Made by a program: the position numbers and the translations under genes. The notes under the pieces were generated by a model. The model had not been told where the DNA came from, did no database searches, and worked only from the letters and a program-made list of their open reading frames with translations. From NCBI RefSeq assembly GCF_009914755.1, contig NC_060937.1: a stretch of DNA of 64,000 bases. The stretch is one strand, 5' to 3'. The stretch's first letter is position 1. Each line of letters opens with the position of its first letter. The stretch comes from the human T2T-CHM13v2.0 reference genome, Homo sapiens. Positions 61,530 through 64,000 of the stretch are shown in pieces.

Positions 61530-63120
61530 CATTGACTTACAGAAAGGAAACAATACTCATTAGAGGAAACTAAGAGAGTAAATCTCATTTCATAGTGTTC
61601 ACAACGTACAGGATAAAGTACAAAATAATAAGGCATGCAAAGACAAGAAAATGTGTCTCATTTTAAAGAAAAATGACCATAAGCAGAGTCTAAAGATGAA
61701 ATAACCCACTTGCTGGAATTTTCAAAAAAGAAGCTAAAATAGCTATTATAATTATGCTCAACAGCTAAAGCATATTATTCTCATAATACTTGTAAATATA
61801 TGTCTTAGCAGAGAAATGATAGAAACCATAAAATAGACCAAAATGGAAATTTTTAAATAAAAAAATTCTGAAACACAGTTCCTCTGAGATAAAAATGAAA
61901 GCATCAGTGAACATGAAGGTATGTATAGCTGTAAATATCATCTGAACTAAGAGAAAGACAGAGAGATAGAAATAATTGAAAAATCAAAAAGAGGGCTCCA
62001 ATGATTTGTTGGAAGATATCATAAAGCAAACATGCCAACCTATATTGTTGTATGGTTATATTTACTATTAGTAGACTGAGACATTCAAGAATACATATTC
62101 TAGTCCTTCATACACCACTAAAAATAAAAATGAAAAAACTAATAAAACACAATGTAACAAAAGCTAAAACAGAATTAAGGGCAAATTCTGAAAACATCAA
62201 AGTAGTTATTAATAAAAGAAGGCAAGAAAAAAATGAACAACAAAAGGGACAAAAGAGGACAAGAGAAAGAGAACACAATAAAAAATGATAAAATTAAAAT
62301 CCAACTATATAGACATTACATGTTAATGAATTTAATGCTCTAATTAACATGCAGAATTATTTAAATAAAAAATAAAGCATGACCAAACTCTCTGCTGTTT
62401 ACAAGAAGGCACTGTAAAATGAAGACCCCAATAGTTTGAAAGTAAATGCTAATGCGATATAAAGCATTGAACACAAAAAATTTAATATAGCAATATTAAT
62501 ACAGTATAAGATAATCTTGGGAAAAAGTATCAGAGAAATAGAAGAAGTATATATAATGGGAACATGTTCAGTTCCTGAGAAAGAGATAAAAATTACAAAT
62601 GATTATCTTTTTAATAACACAGCTGCAAAATACATGGAGTAAAATCAGATTTAGTTGGGGAAACAGAATTCCACAGTCATGATATAAGTGATAGCACCCC
62701 TCTCTTCATCATTTCATAAAGAAAATAGACCAAAATCAGTGAATACTTATAGAATCTTAACAACATTCTCAACCACATTGATCTTCCTGTCATTTCTGGC
62801 ACACTACCCCCAATAACTCTAGACTGACGATTTTTTCTAGTGTTTATTCACCAAGGTAAAGCTTGCTGAGCAAAAAAACCGAAAAGTATCTTTTACTTTA
62901 ACTTCTAATGTAATGTAAACAAATCATTTTAACATTTGAGGAAAGAAGATAAAATGATGCTTACAAGAAAATTTTTAGTTTCAAATGCTTATACTGGAAC
63001 AAGAAAGGTCTCAAATCAGTATCCTTGAAAATTAGAAAAAGAGCAAAGGAATCATACACAAAAAGAATACAAAGAAGAAAATAGTAACCATAAAAGTAAA
63101 AGTCAATTAAATGGTAAAGC
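61530..63120 (+). mobile_element. Ancient L1M (ORF1 to endonuclease region), degraded
   Basis: A-rich sense L1M motifs (gcatcagtgaac.tgaag; aatgctctaattaa; ctgctgtttacaaga; gaaaggtctcaaatca). Confidence 0.6.
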
Positions 63121-63169
63121 GACAATGATGTTTCCACGGTAATATTGTTAAAATATGCTTCTAAGTTGT

Positions 63170-63985
<816 letters not shown>

Positions 63986-64000
63986 CTGGGCATGTTTCCT

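Overview
Primate (human-like) AT-rich, repeat-dense genomic DNA typical of a gene desert or very large intron. I see no credible host protein-coding gene, RNA gene, CpG island or CRISPR. The long ORFs in the track are LINE-1 ORF2 remnants, MaLR-internal or Alu readthroughs, or low-complexity repeats. Contents: two ~3-kb 5'-truncated L1PA copies with target-site duplications (TSDs), one of them twin-primed (5'-inverted); several older L1PA/L1PB/L1M fragments; about 11 Alus; MaLR LTRs (THE1, MST, MLT1); two MLT2A LTRs; two ERVL gag/pol fossils; an ERV1 integrase fossil; Tigger3; L2 and MIR pieces; and GGAA/CCTT and CA/TA microsatellites. I found no evidence for a new gene-encoded biological system. 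The most interesting signals are DNA-repair and recombination scars readable directly in the sequence: two complex locally templated insertions (48371-48490 and 57118-57399), a short tract of shared non-consensus variants between two L1 copies 37.7 kb apart, a 20-bp L1 micro-inversion, and old tandem duplications. Subfamily names come from remembered consensus sequences and are approximate. Boundaries without TSDs are +/- tens of bp.
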